Shown: in pieces, positions 51,776 through 64,000 of the stretch
How the letters are laid out: each line of letters begins with the position of its first letter
How positions within the stretch are numbered: position 1 is the first letter of the stretch
DNA from: Proteromonas lacertae
Lineage: Eukaryota
Direction of reading: 5' to 3'
Length of the DNA: 64,000 bases
NCBI GenBank assembly: GCA_002245135.1
Contig: NGBS01000292.1
Span: 1 to 64,000 of the forward strand
Program-made: the position numbers and the translations under genes
The notes under the pieces: generated by a model
The model's input: the letters and a program-made list of their open reading frames with translations, nothing else
What the model was told of the DNA's origin: nothing
Databases searched by the model: none

Positions 51776-51930
51776 TGCTGAGAAATGATGGAAATTAAAA
51801 AAAAATCAATCAAGCTCAAGCTGTTCTTTTTGAGAAATGGGTGTATCAAAAAACTAGGATTTACGTTTTATTTTTTTTCAGAACAGCCACAGCACTTGAG
51901 TAACTCTGCAGATAATACACATATTCAATT

Positions 51931-53437
51931 ATGAATGTTAAGTTTAGAAATATAATTAAATTGCCTAAAGCAATCTTTCAGTATGTCATAATTGCGTTAA
52001 TGCTAGTATATTCACATTTTTATATTATATTATCATATAACAGTTATTTGCAATATTTAAACTAGCAATATCAATCGCATTTGAACAACAGTGCCAGTAT
52101 GGCTATAAACAGGTGGATTTGGATCTTATAAAAATGATGTTAGGGTTTAGTGCCTTTGATTTTGTAGTTGTACTGGTTGCATTTCTGTTAATAGAAAGAT
52201 TTAACAATAAATGCATAGCTTTGTATACTATATTTATATATTAATGAATAGTTCATCAATATTACTAATATTCTTCTTCATTCCAGTGCTTTTTCTAAAA
52301 ATAGATTACAATAATACAAAATTAACATTTGACATGTGTTGCAATTCCTCATCAACTGTATATATAGATAATAATACGAATTCTCCAATATGTCATTTTG
52401 TTGATTCAGATCAATATGTATGTACCGACTTTAATATATTCAATGTTACTGGTGTTCAAGATATAGATCGTTTTTCTTATGAATATATTATATTATTAAT
52501 GGGAATAGTAATATCCTTTGTATATTATATACTATTCACATATGCAATCTATGAAGAAAAGGCTGGTAATATAAAGAATGAAAACAGAGCTCAAAAAAGG
52601 AAAATAACCAATAATAATAATAACAATCACAACAATAGTAATTCAAGTGTCAGTAGCCTTTTAAGCAATAACAAAAGAACAAGCAAAAACAAGAGTACAA
52701 GTAGAATAAAGAATCCAATGTTAAGGATTAAAGTAGAAGAAGATGATTCACCAACTATTACACCACTAGTAACACCAACAGGAGAATCAGACGAAGTGCA
52801 TATGGATGGAATAATGATGACTCATGAAGAAAGAAAAAGTATAATTGAAGATACAGTTAAAGTGGAAAAAAATAGAAGTAAATACTTGCCAATTATTGCA
52901 TTGTTATTTTGTACAGGTAGTTTAGCAATTGCTATCTATTTATTTGTATTGAAAAGTCAGACTGGATATAACCTAATATCAACAACACATTGTGTTTATA
53001 ATTTGTTAGTCACTTTATTAATGATATTGATAATCATACTGTATTTGGTGTTTTCTGAAAGGATTATTAACAATTTCTTCAATTTCTATTTATGCTATTT
53101 ATATATACCGATGATTATGTGTTTATTTGCAGTTTTTGCTTTTGTTATTGATAGAATTGAAGATTATGTTGAAACTTATAAAACATGTTGTGATGTTGAT
53201 AAATTGAATTTAGTGGGTAAGTGTGGCTTTTTGGATGAAGAAGGCTGTAGCTCGTTTGATAGTTTTACAGATAGTGCACATTTGATAATGCCTCTTTATA
53301 TCACATTTTTGAGGATTATATTTTTAGCAGTTCCATTGTTTTTGATGATTTATTATGGTGTATTGAAAAGGAAAGCTTCTATGCTCACTGTATATTTGAC
53401 AAATCACAGAAAAGTATTTCCTGAGATTGTGACTTAA
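51931..53437 (+). CDS. Hypothetical multi-pass membrane protein with Cys-rich loops (3 exons; starts upstream of the ORF track call)
   Basis: MNVKFRNII...ALML | LFAIFK...NKCIAF | SSILLIFF, joined by two short introns; about 7-8 hydrophobic segments. Confidence 0.7.
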
Positions 53438-53548
53438 TCAATTTAATTATATTTATTTAATATTCGTTATAATGAATAATCTTATTTAATTATATTGCAT
53501 TTATGTTAAATTCAAATTGTTACAAAAAAACTTCAAACATAGTTTGTC

Positions 53549-55044
53549 ATGTCAGTTTTTGATGAAGATAAATTTCTCAACAAATCTAACCCTACTGTGT
53601 ATTATTTCATGATTTTATGAATCTTTATATAATAGCGTACGACATACAGGGAGAGATGATAGAGCAACTACAGAGAATGTGATGGATCCTCGAACAAGGT
53701 TGATGATATTCAAGATGCTTAATAAGGGTGTATTCAGTGAGATAAATGGATGTATTTCAACAGGAAAAGAAGTATTCTAACGAAGTGTTTATCTATTTAG
53801 GCAAATGTTTATCATGCAATCACTGCAGATGGTAATGAACTAGCTTTAAAGATCTACAAAACCTCAATTTTGTCATTTCGTGCAAGAGAAGACTATGTAG
53901 TAGGAGATTACCGTTTTAGAGGTGGTTTTAACAAAAGTAATCCAAGAAGGATGGTAGAAATGTGGGCAGAAAAAGAGAGAAGAAATTTATTTAGATTAAA
54001 AACAGCAGATATACCATGTCCAGATGTTATTTTATTACACAAACATATTTTAGTAATTTCATTTCTAGGTAAAAATGGACAGTATAAATATCTAATATTA
54101 TATACCATTTATTATCTATATAGTCCAGCTAAAAGACTGAAAGATGTCGATCTACCAGAATCTGAATATTGTTCTATTTATTACACATTAATTCATTATA
54201 TGAGAAGGATATTTCACAAAGCACAGTTAGTTCATGCTGATTTAAGTGAATTTAATATATTGTATTATAAGAAACAAATATATATAATTGATGTATCTCA
54301 ATCAGTAGAATTTGATCATCCAAAAGCATTAGATTTTCTTAAAATGGATTGTAAAAATGTAACAGATTTCTTTAGAAGGTATATATATATATAATTTATA
54401 TTCCATTTTCACTTATTATTAGAATGAAAGTAAATCCACTAAGTGCAAAAGAATTATTTCAAATCATTACCAATCGTTCATTAACAGATGACGCTGCATT
54501 AGATAAAGCAATAGAAGAAGGAAGATTGAGATGTCAAGAAATGTCTCAAGAAGAGAAAGATGCTGAAGATGAAATGTTTATAAGCACTTATGTTCCACGT
54601 AGTTTAATGGAAATAAGAGAATATGAAAAGGATTATAATAAAATAAAGAGTGGAGAAGTAGAAGGAATGTATCATTTAGGATTGACTGGATTAGATTCAG
54701 TTTTACAAGATAATAAAGAAAAAGAAGATAGAGAAAATGGTGAAGAAAATAATGGAGAAGAAGAAGAAGAAGAAGAAAGTGAAAGTGAAAGTGATGATGA
54801 TGAAATTGAGCCAGATGCTGAAGAATTGAATATAATAGATGGAATATTACAAAATACAACCAACACACTTGATAAAATAGATAATGATACAGAAATAGAG
54901 TTTCAATTAAAGAATGCTTCAAAAGAAATGAAGAAATTACACAAGAAAATGATTAAAGAACAAAATAGAGAAAAGAGAGAAAATAAAATCCCAAAGAAAT
55001 TGAAGAAAAGAGCAAAAGTATTAAGTGCAAGAAAACATAAGTAA
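53549..55044 (+). CDS. RIOK1: RIO1 atypical kinase
   Basis: [64 protein letters not shown]-terminal KIPKKLKK. Confidence 0.97.
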
Positions 55045-55100
55045 AAAAATGAAATAAAATAACAAATACATAATATATATTATTATTTATTATTAATATT

Positions 55101-56299
55101 TTATTCTTCTTCTTCTTCATCATCTTCTTCCTCTTCTTCTTCAGCAGCTAATTTAGCTAATCTTTCTTCTTCAGCTTTTCTTGCTATTTCCTTCTCTTCA
55201 GCCACCAATTTCTTCATTTCTTCTTCTTCAGCAGTCATTAATACCTGTTCTTCTTCCATTCTTCTCTTTTCTTCAGCCCTTCTTTGTCTTTCTTCTTCCA
55301 AAAGACGTAATTTCTCAGATTGGAAAAATCTCTGTTTAGTTATTGCAGATTGAATAATTCTATCTATCATAGTTTCAGATATATTTATATAATCTAATTT
55401 TACTGTAGCTTCATTAATAATCCAAGGCATGAAATTGTCTTCAACCTCTTTCTGTATTGGATCAAAGAAGAATCCTGATTCTATTAATTCCTTTACTACA
55501 TTATTATTAATCTCATCCAATATCTGTTTAGCCATTTGACGAGCTGCAATTTTAGTGGATAGATCAGTCTCTTTTCTAACTCTTTCTCCTTCTTGTATTG
55601 CTCTCTTTTGTTTCTCTTCATATTTTCGTTTAGCTTCAGCTTCCATTCGTTGTACTTCTGCTAATTCTGCATTACGTTTCTGTTCAAATTCGAATTGTTG
55701 TTGTCTTATATTCTTTATTTCTTCTTCTTCTAATACTTCCATTAAACTTTGTTCCATTGCTTTCCCTACTAATACTTCTAGTACTGGCTGTGCTTCTAAA
55801 TCAAAATTAAATAATTCACCTTCAATTACCTCAGTCATCGCATCTACACCGGTTTTGACAGGCATAAATAATGGAGATGGTGGACGATCTAAATATTCTT
55901 CTGTTTGTGTGGTTACCTCTGCTTGTCTTACAATATCTGCTAGATCTTCTAAATAATCATCTGTTTGGCATTCTATATGGTGTCTACCACGCACTGGTGG
56001 CGGTGTTAAAGGACGTCTCATTTCTTCTGCTAGTTTTTCTCTTCTCCTTAATTCTTTGAGTTGTTTTGTTCTGAGTTGATCTTGTAGAATACGCTCAGCT
56101 TCTTCTTGAGCATTTGCTGATAGTATATGTGCTGCGTATGTATTACCACGAACAACTCTTTTATCAAACATAAGATTTGCTGGTTTTATTCTATTAATCA
56201 TGGGTTAAAATATAATTTATACGTATCATCTTCATCATATTCTCTGTATCTTTGACCTGGGGCAATTGCTTGGGGGTTAGTAGCGAATGTAAATGCCAT
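55101..56299 (-). CDS. RSPH3: Flagellar radial spoke protein 3
   Basis: NLMFDKRVVRGNTYA, TPPPVRGRHHIECQTDDYLE, PLFMPVKTGVD, LEVLVGKAMEQSLMEV; short first exon. Confidence 0.95.
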
Positions 56300-56583
56300 T
56301 AGAAATAATTAAATATATAGTTTGCAATATAGAAATATAACCTAATATTGATTTAAATATAGAGATTTATACTATAAATGAGATGGTTAATAACTATAAA
56401 AAAAGAAAATTTCAAAAAACGGCTTTTTGGGTTTGAATTTTGCTTGACTTCTTTTTTATAAATCGTTTCATAAATCATCAAATACATCAACTAATGTCAA
56501 TTTAATATCATTTTTATATTTTATGTACGGTCTTTAAATCACAAAAACATATATAAATATAATAATAGTTTGTTTAATTCTAT

Positions 56584-57407
<824 letters not shown>

Positions 57408-57884
57408 TTTTAAATGAACTTTATAAAGAAAGAAGAAAGAATTAAAATGAATAAGGTTGGTGGTTTTCTGGGTTTAAAGAGTTTGGGCTTGAGAATATTA
57501 AAAAGTAAGGCTTTTTTTATAGAGATATAATTAAACAAAAATAATGTATTATTGCATATATACACCAAATGATCTATCTAATACTATGAAAGTTTGTGTT
57601 TACTTGAAATGCTTAAGAGTTAAGTAGAAACATATATACATTCTTCTGTTAATACCAATGGCACTATATTAAAAACATATGCAATAATAAATAAACAATT
57701 CTATTCAATTGAAACGATGCAGATGAATTTCAAGGCATTTGGGTTTATATGCTACATTTCTACTTGATTAGATTTAGTGTAACTTTTCAAGCTTAATAAG
57801 GGACTCTATCAGTTCATTTGAAAAGCAAACCTGGCTTGAGTCATTCAAAATAAATCTATTTTTATTTTTTTTAAATACCATCAA

Positions 57885-60800
57885 ATGAGCAATTATCCAA
57901 CAGTAGCTTATATAATATCTTAAAATAATTCTATATAGAATAATAACAACAACACAACTTTTCCGAATAGGTTTGAAGATAATTCATCAAATTCCCTGGC
58001 TAGAATGCAAACACATAGAATGTATATAATTGTTATAACCTATTTATAATTATAATTTACATTTTATAGGGATTATTTAAATCCTCAACAAGACAGTATA
58101 TATATAATACTCTAACTTTATTACATTAAATTTCATAATACAGAATAAATAGAATAATATCATTTTCTCTTTCCAGATAGTTGTTTATTTATTTATATTG
58201 TTTTTCATAGGAGCAAGAGAATATAGTGACAATAACATTCATCCGCAAGAAAGGTATGCTCAATATGCAAATGTACCTGCAGCCTCCTCAAAGAAACCCT
58301 GGAGTTGATCCTTCACTTTTTCAAGAATCAATTCCAAGAGGAACTGCTGTTCCATGTAGTGTTCCATCACTACAATTCAAGTTGATGGAATCATCTCTAA
58401 CTGATTCTTCGCTGGATGGTGGATATATTCCAATTAATAACAGAATAGTCACTCTTAATTTAAGCGAAGAAGTCACTAGTTTAGCTGCAGGTAAATATTT
58501 GATTGGTAGTAATCCATTTCAAATGTATATGCCTGTTGAAGTGAGTTGTGATACTCATAGAGATAAAAGTGGGTATAATCCTATACCTCCAAACCCAACA
58601 AATGTTCCAGTAGATATCATTGATGGGACGGAACCATTAACCAGTGAGCCAGTAGTTCCCTTGGACATTTTGCCATTTGAATTAGATAAGCTGTTATTAG
58701 ATAAAGAAAATCACGGCAAAGAGGATAATATATGTGTAAAGTTTAAATTTGAGTTAATCAATTCACCTGCCGTAAATAATACATCTTCCAACGTAAACGA
58801 AATCATGAATATGAATGGAGCTATGGAAAATGAAATGTATCAGCGCATGTATATTCCAGAGCAACAGTCTCAACCATATCCACCGCATATGATACCATTC
58901 AATCCGCAAATGGGTATTAACGTTCCAATAGGAATGAATCCTCCTACTAATATGAGTCAGCAATTAGTAATGCCTCAGAATTATCAAATAAATCCACAGA
59001 TGACAGTAAATCAGCAAGTTCCAGTTAATACTCAAATTCCAGTTAATACTCAAATGCATATGGCCCAACAGTTCCCAGTAAATAGACAATTTCCAATGAA
59101 TCAGCAGATGTCAGTAAATCAGCAGATTCCCATCCGTGCTCAAGTTCCCATAAATCAGACGATACCAGTAAATTCACAAGTTCCAACAGATCAACAAATA
59201 CCAATAAACCAACAGGTTCAATTAAATTCTCAAGTTCCAGTAAATACACAAATGCCAGTTCATCAGTCAGTTTATCCAAAAATACTTCCTAAGCCATGTA
59301 TTCAACAACCTCAATACAATTCTATTCCACCTCAAAGTATATATAATGGTAATTTTCCTTTACCAACATTATGTGATGAAGAACCACCTCTATATGGTGT
59401 TGCACCACCTGCAAAACCATCACCACCAAAATCTCCTAAAGAACAAGTTAAAGCTAAACCTAACAAAAAAAAGAATAAAGTAAAAGATGATGAAAACTAT
59501 GATACAGATGAAATGAATGAAGAGGATGAAGATGAATATCAACCTCATAAGAATAAAAAAACTGCAAAGAAGAAGAGAGGTAGGAAACCAGGAAGCAAAA
59601 ATAAACCAAAAGAATTTACTCTTGAAGAAAAAGAAAGCATAAGTTATTTAGTAATGGCTGCAGAAGGAAAATACAATAAAAATAATATAGAACAAAATCA
59701 GGAAGAGAAAAATGATATTTTTAAAAACATAAAAAATCAATCTGATAATTCTCCTTCTTCACAAAAATCTTCAGATTCAAAATCAATAGATTCTCCAGAA
59801 TCACCAACATTATCACCAATACCACAATCTCCACCACCAGTTCAATCATCTCCATCACTACAATCAGCAGTAACTCCTAATTATGACTCCGGTTATTATG
59901 CACAAAAATCATCATATAATAAATATATTGGGTATATGACTCATATGTCTATAAAAACAGCAGAAAATGAGGAAGAAGAAGAAGAAAAAGAACACCCAAC
60001 AAAAAGGCACACAGAACCAAGTAAATCACCAAATAAAAGAATTAACACTAATAATACTACTACCAGAAAAGATGAGGTGGTTGATTTAGACAATGATGAA
60101 ATAACAACAAGTAAATCAGTTTCTCCTCAAATTGAAGAATATACTAGTCAAACATCAACACCACCACAAAAAACTCAAGCTGATATTAAAAGAGAATATG
60201 AACCTCCTGTTAATTATAGATTTACTTTTCAAAATGCTAGGCCTCTTCATGATGCCACAGAAGTTAGAGATCCATTGCCATTTGTAGATCATTCATATCT
60301 TTCTCCTGATAATAACCAAAATTCATCAAGATTATCTAACTCTCGACAACTATCACCAATTAATCAACCAATTGAAGTACAACAACCACTAAAACAAGAA
60401 TCACCATTAGAAACGCCAAAACAACAAGACAAACAATCTACATATCAACATAAACAAAGAACATCACCATCACCATCACAACAGCTTACGCAACAACAAA
60501 TAGAGCAACAAATTAATCAAAGAATACAACAACAACTTCAACAGCAAATGTTGCCTCCATCACCACTTCTTCAGCCACAAACTCCACTGCAGCAGCAGTA
60601 TCAACAACGAACTCATATGCCAATCGCATCACCCTATATATATTCACCAAATCAACCTCCTCCAATTCAATCACCAATTCCATTGTCACAACAACAACAA
60701 CAACCTATGCCTATTCCACCAGCACCATATATGTTTCAACCACCACCACCACCACCACAAAGTCAACAACAGGCAGTTATTACATACACATATCCACCAC

Positions 60801-61087
60801 CACCACCACCTTCTAATTATCCACCACCTCAGACTGTGCATTATTATCCAAGACAACAGGTTTATCAAATGCCACATCCAGTACAACCACCATCTCCACA
60901 ATATCAGCAAATACTTCCACCACCTCCACAAACTTATTATTATAGGCAAAGATCACAGTATCCTATTCAACATCCTCCACCACAACCGCAGTATGTCTTT
61001 GAAAATGAATATTATCCAGAACCACCTATACAGCAAATGCCATCCAATGCCTCAAATGAGGCAATATGTTCCTCAAACATATGCTGA
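57885..61087 (+). CDS. Large Pro/Gln-rich protein with an AT-hook-like motif (5' exons and 3' end uncertain)
   Basis: 953 aa ORF; KKKRGRKPGSKNKPK; QVPVNT hexapeptide repeats; upstream small exons do not join cleanly. Confidence 0.7.
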
Positions 61088-61278
61088 GATATCAACAACC
61101 CCCACCGTAATGTTTGAAAAAAGATTATGAATTTAAAATGTCTATAACATCATATAAATTGTATTGACATAAAATTTGATTAATTATTTCATCTATTTTG
61201 TTTTGAATCTCGACCAAATGTAAATAGAATAATACACGATCTGAGCTTGACGCATTTCCTTTTTTACTTATTTTTGTA

Positions 61279-63157
61279 ATGCCTCCTCCTCGTCAAACAA
61301 CTGAAGATGAATCTAACTGTAAATTTTATATTCTTTTATAATAATAGCATTTTCACAAGAAGTTTTACCTCCTGATTTACAAGCTCAATATGCTTATATC
61401 CATTGTGGTGGTTATATTGATGTATTAGATGAACAAGATGTATGGAGTGAAGCTGTAGTTATATCTCGGCAATCTTCCGAAATTACTTTCAAAGTATAAC
61501 TTATCAATTACATTTAATAGTTTTTATATATTCCTGATATAAAAGAACATACAATTGACTATAGAAGTCCAAGAATAGCACCTCATCATTCACATACTTA
61601 TGATGGAGATGAAAATTTCGAAGTATACACTATTATAAATATTATTTCTAACAGGAAGGTCAGCGTATTGAAGTTTTTGATATTCATCCAACACAGAATA
61701 AATGGTATGAAGCTTTTGTACTAAACCATATAAAAGATAATCATAAAATATACATTCATTACCTAGTATATATACTATACATTTATATAATATACATAAT
61801 ATACATAGCACTGGTCTCAAGAGTGGAATGAATATATCGAATACCCTTCAAAGCGTATATCGCAATATGGTCAACATATAAAACATACATCCGCTAGTCA
61901 TTTCACAGTTTCAGAGCCAAAATGTCATGTTAGACAGATTCAAGGAAATGATGAATTAACAGCTTATTATAATGCTTTAGGTAGATTAGGATATACAGTA
62001 TTAGTAGAAAAAGGAGATGGAAATTGTCTATTTCGTTCAATAAGCCATCAAATCTATGGAACTCCAGAAAATCATTTGATTGTTAGAAGAAAGTATTTAT
62101 TATTTTATTTTTAATCTTTTTAGATGTTTAGAATATATGGTACAACGTAGAGCGTGGTATTCTTTGTTTATAGCACAAGATTTTGATGAATATATAACTG
62201 AAAAAGCAAAAGATGGTACTTGGGGTGATGATCCAGAAATTCAAGCCTGTTGCGAGCTTTACAATCGACCAGCCGAAATTTGGGCATATAACCAAGAAGT
62301 AGGTGCGAAACAATTAAAGACCTTTCATAGTCCAACTACTACTACAAGTACATCATCTCAATATCCAATCAGATTGAGTTATTATGGTGGTGGACATTAT
62401 AATTCAATATCTAGTAGAGGTTATGAAAGATATTTTATTACTTCTCCACCTGGTCAATATGAAGATAATGTATTATCAATAACTGCAACATCACCAGAGA
62501 TAGTTAATTTATCAACAACAACAACAACAACAACATCATTATTATTACCTGATATAGATCATCAATCAGTAGATTCATTATTACAACAGAATCTAGAATT
62601 TTCAAAGAAAATATTGGAAGATTCTCTCTCTTATGATGTATATTATTATTATTATATTTGATTATATATAGAATGAAGTGCCTCCACCAATATCATCTGT
62701 TGATAGAATGGCTGATTCTTTAGATGATACTCCTTCCATTTTCAATCATGAAAACTCTCCTCATTCTATTTTTATGAATAATAGTAATAATAATAATGAA
62801 ATTGAACAAGAACCTCCTCCTCCTCCATATCCTTCGCAGCAACATGAAGAGAAAGAAGAAATGGAATATGATCAAGATGAAATAATGACGAAAGTAATAA
62901 ATGAATCTTTAGCTGAAACGAATAATAACGATATAGAGAATCAACTTTTATCCAAAGCGATGGAAGAATCCATGACAGATATTGTATATGTTATTATCAA
63001 TATTATTATGAAATAGAATCGAATAAATAATAATAGTGTTGAAATGTGGATTTGTAACAGTTGTACTTATCGTAATAGTGGTTTAAGTGAATATTGTGAA
63101 ATGTGTGGAGAACCTTCTGATGAAACAAAAGCAATTCAATTATCTTTGATGAAATAA
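61279..63157 (+). CDS. OTU-domain deubiquitinase with N-terminal Tudor/MBT-like repeats, UIM-like motifs and a RanBP2-type zinc finger
   Basis: KGDGNCLFRSISHQIYG, WGDDPEIQA, SYYGGGHYNS, LLSKAMEES, WICNSCTYRN...CEMCG. Confidence 0.9.
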
Positions 63158-63208
63158 AAATGATAATTAACAGTTATTTAAATATTTATTGTTTATTTTA
63201 TCACTAAA

Positions 63209-64000
63209 CCTGAGTTCGGCGGGGACAGGGACAAAAAGGACATGTCCGGGACATGTCCGGGACAAGAGTATGATAAAGGACAGTAATTTGTCCCTTTTGT
63301 AAACATTTGATATTACCTTTTTGTAATATAAATAAATTATGTGTTTTTTTTGTTTATTAAAACATTTATAAGTAAGAATAAAGATAATTAATAATAACAT
63401 TGATAATCTGGACTACCTTCTTCACTTTGCTCATCATCTTCTTTACTTATTACTTCCACATTAGTAATTTCTCTATTTTCATCTTCATCACCTCCTACAT
63501 TTTGTTCTTATTCTCTCTTATTTCTCTCAACTAATTCATACTTTAATCTCATAATGTTATTAATAGTATCTAAGTTTAATCTATTTCTCCTGTATGAATG
63601 TATTACTCTTTCGATGGAGAAAATTCTCTCAATAAAAGAGCTTGAACATTAAACATGGTATTGTTGATATAATGTCATAGATTTTCTTTAAATTTCTAAA
63701 GTATATCTCATATGTTGTAAAGCATATATCGATTGAAATACTTTCGCGAAAAATGGAAGAAGGTAAATAATATATGATATTAAAAATGCAAGAACTCGAG
63801 TTAATCAAGCATTTTTTCTTTTTTTCTACTTTTTATTTGTATTTAATCCAGGCATATTTTATAGTACAAATTAGTGCAATGATAAGCATGTATCATGTGA
63901 AGTTCTGTTATGTGATGAGTGTTTGTAAATGGGGATATTCTTCATTAAACTATACAGAGTTATCTAAGTGGTATAAGTGGGTTAAATATTATTCATAGAT
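63209..64000 (-). mobile_element. End of a decayed hAT DNA transposon: GC-rich terminus and transposase C-terminal dimerisation-domain remnant
   Basis: Minus strand reads FRNLKKIYDIISTIPC / SSSFIERIFSIERVIHSYRRNRLNLDTINNIMRLKY; terminus 63209-63295 is abruptly GC-rich with GGACA/TGTCC subterminal repeats; the other end is outside the window. Confidence 0.78.

Noticed and set aside
51776..51930. Possible SAM or folate riboswitch upstream of MTHFR
   Set aside because: No recognisable riboswitch motif; the segment is a short divergent promoter shared with the membrane-protein gene.
63238..63258. Perfect match to two p53 half-sites (RRRCWWGYYY)
   Set aside because: Lies in a transposon terminus in what appears to be a non-animal protist; better explained as transposase-binding subterminal palindromes.
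63508..63510. TAA inside an acidic stretch (E*E), hinting at a ciliate-like TAA=Gln code
   Set aside because: TAA and TAG end conserved genes at the expected positions (PSMA2, Pcc1, RIO1, PSMA7), and long ORFs are stop-free under the standard code.

Overview
AT-rich, gene-dense eukaryotic nuclear DNA using the standard genetic code, with very short GT-AG introns (mostly about 25-40 nt) and intergenic spacers as small as 41 bp. A radial-spoke gene (RSP3) and an axonemal-type gene imply a flagellated protist. Tiny introns, a GT5 alpha-glucan synthase and a Crinkler/RHS-type gene would fit a gut stramenopile of the Proteromonas/Blastocystis type, but that is inference only. There are about 24 spliced protein genes, including Pcc1, a kinesin-5-like gene, RFC1, a SMYD-like gene, PSMA2, Era, an Hsp70/110-like gene, a GH13-CBM48-GT5 glucan synthase, MTHFR, RIO1, RSP3, PSMA7, an OTU deubiquitinase and several EF-hand proteins. 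Features the ORF track does not show: two U3 snoRNA copies inside a 1.4 kb inverted duplication; a U4 snRNA; a shared snRNA-type promoter (TGCCATAAAA at -61) and 3' element on U3 and U4; a tRNA-Lys(UUU) lying antisense in an unusually long intron; a frameshifted Crinkler/RHS NTPase-REase gene; and the end of a decayed hAT transposon. The first about 1.6 kb looks low quality (many indels). Exon boundaries were read by eye and are approximate.
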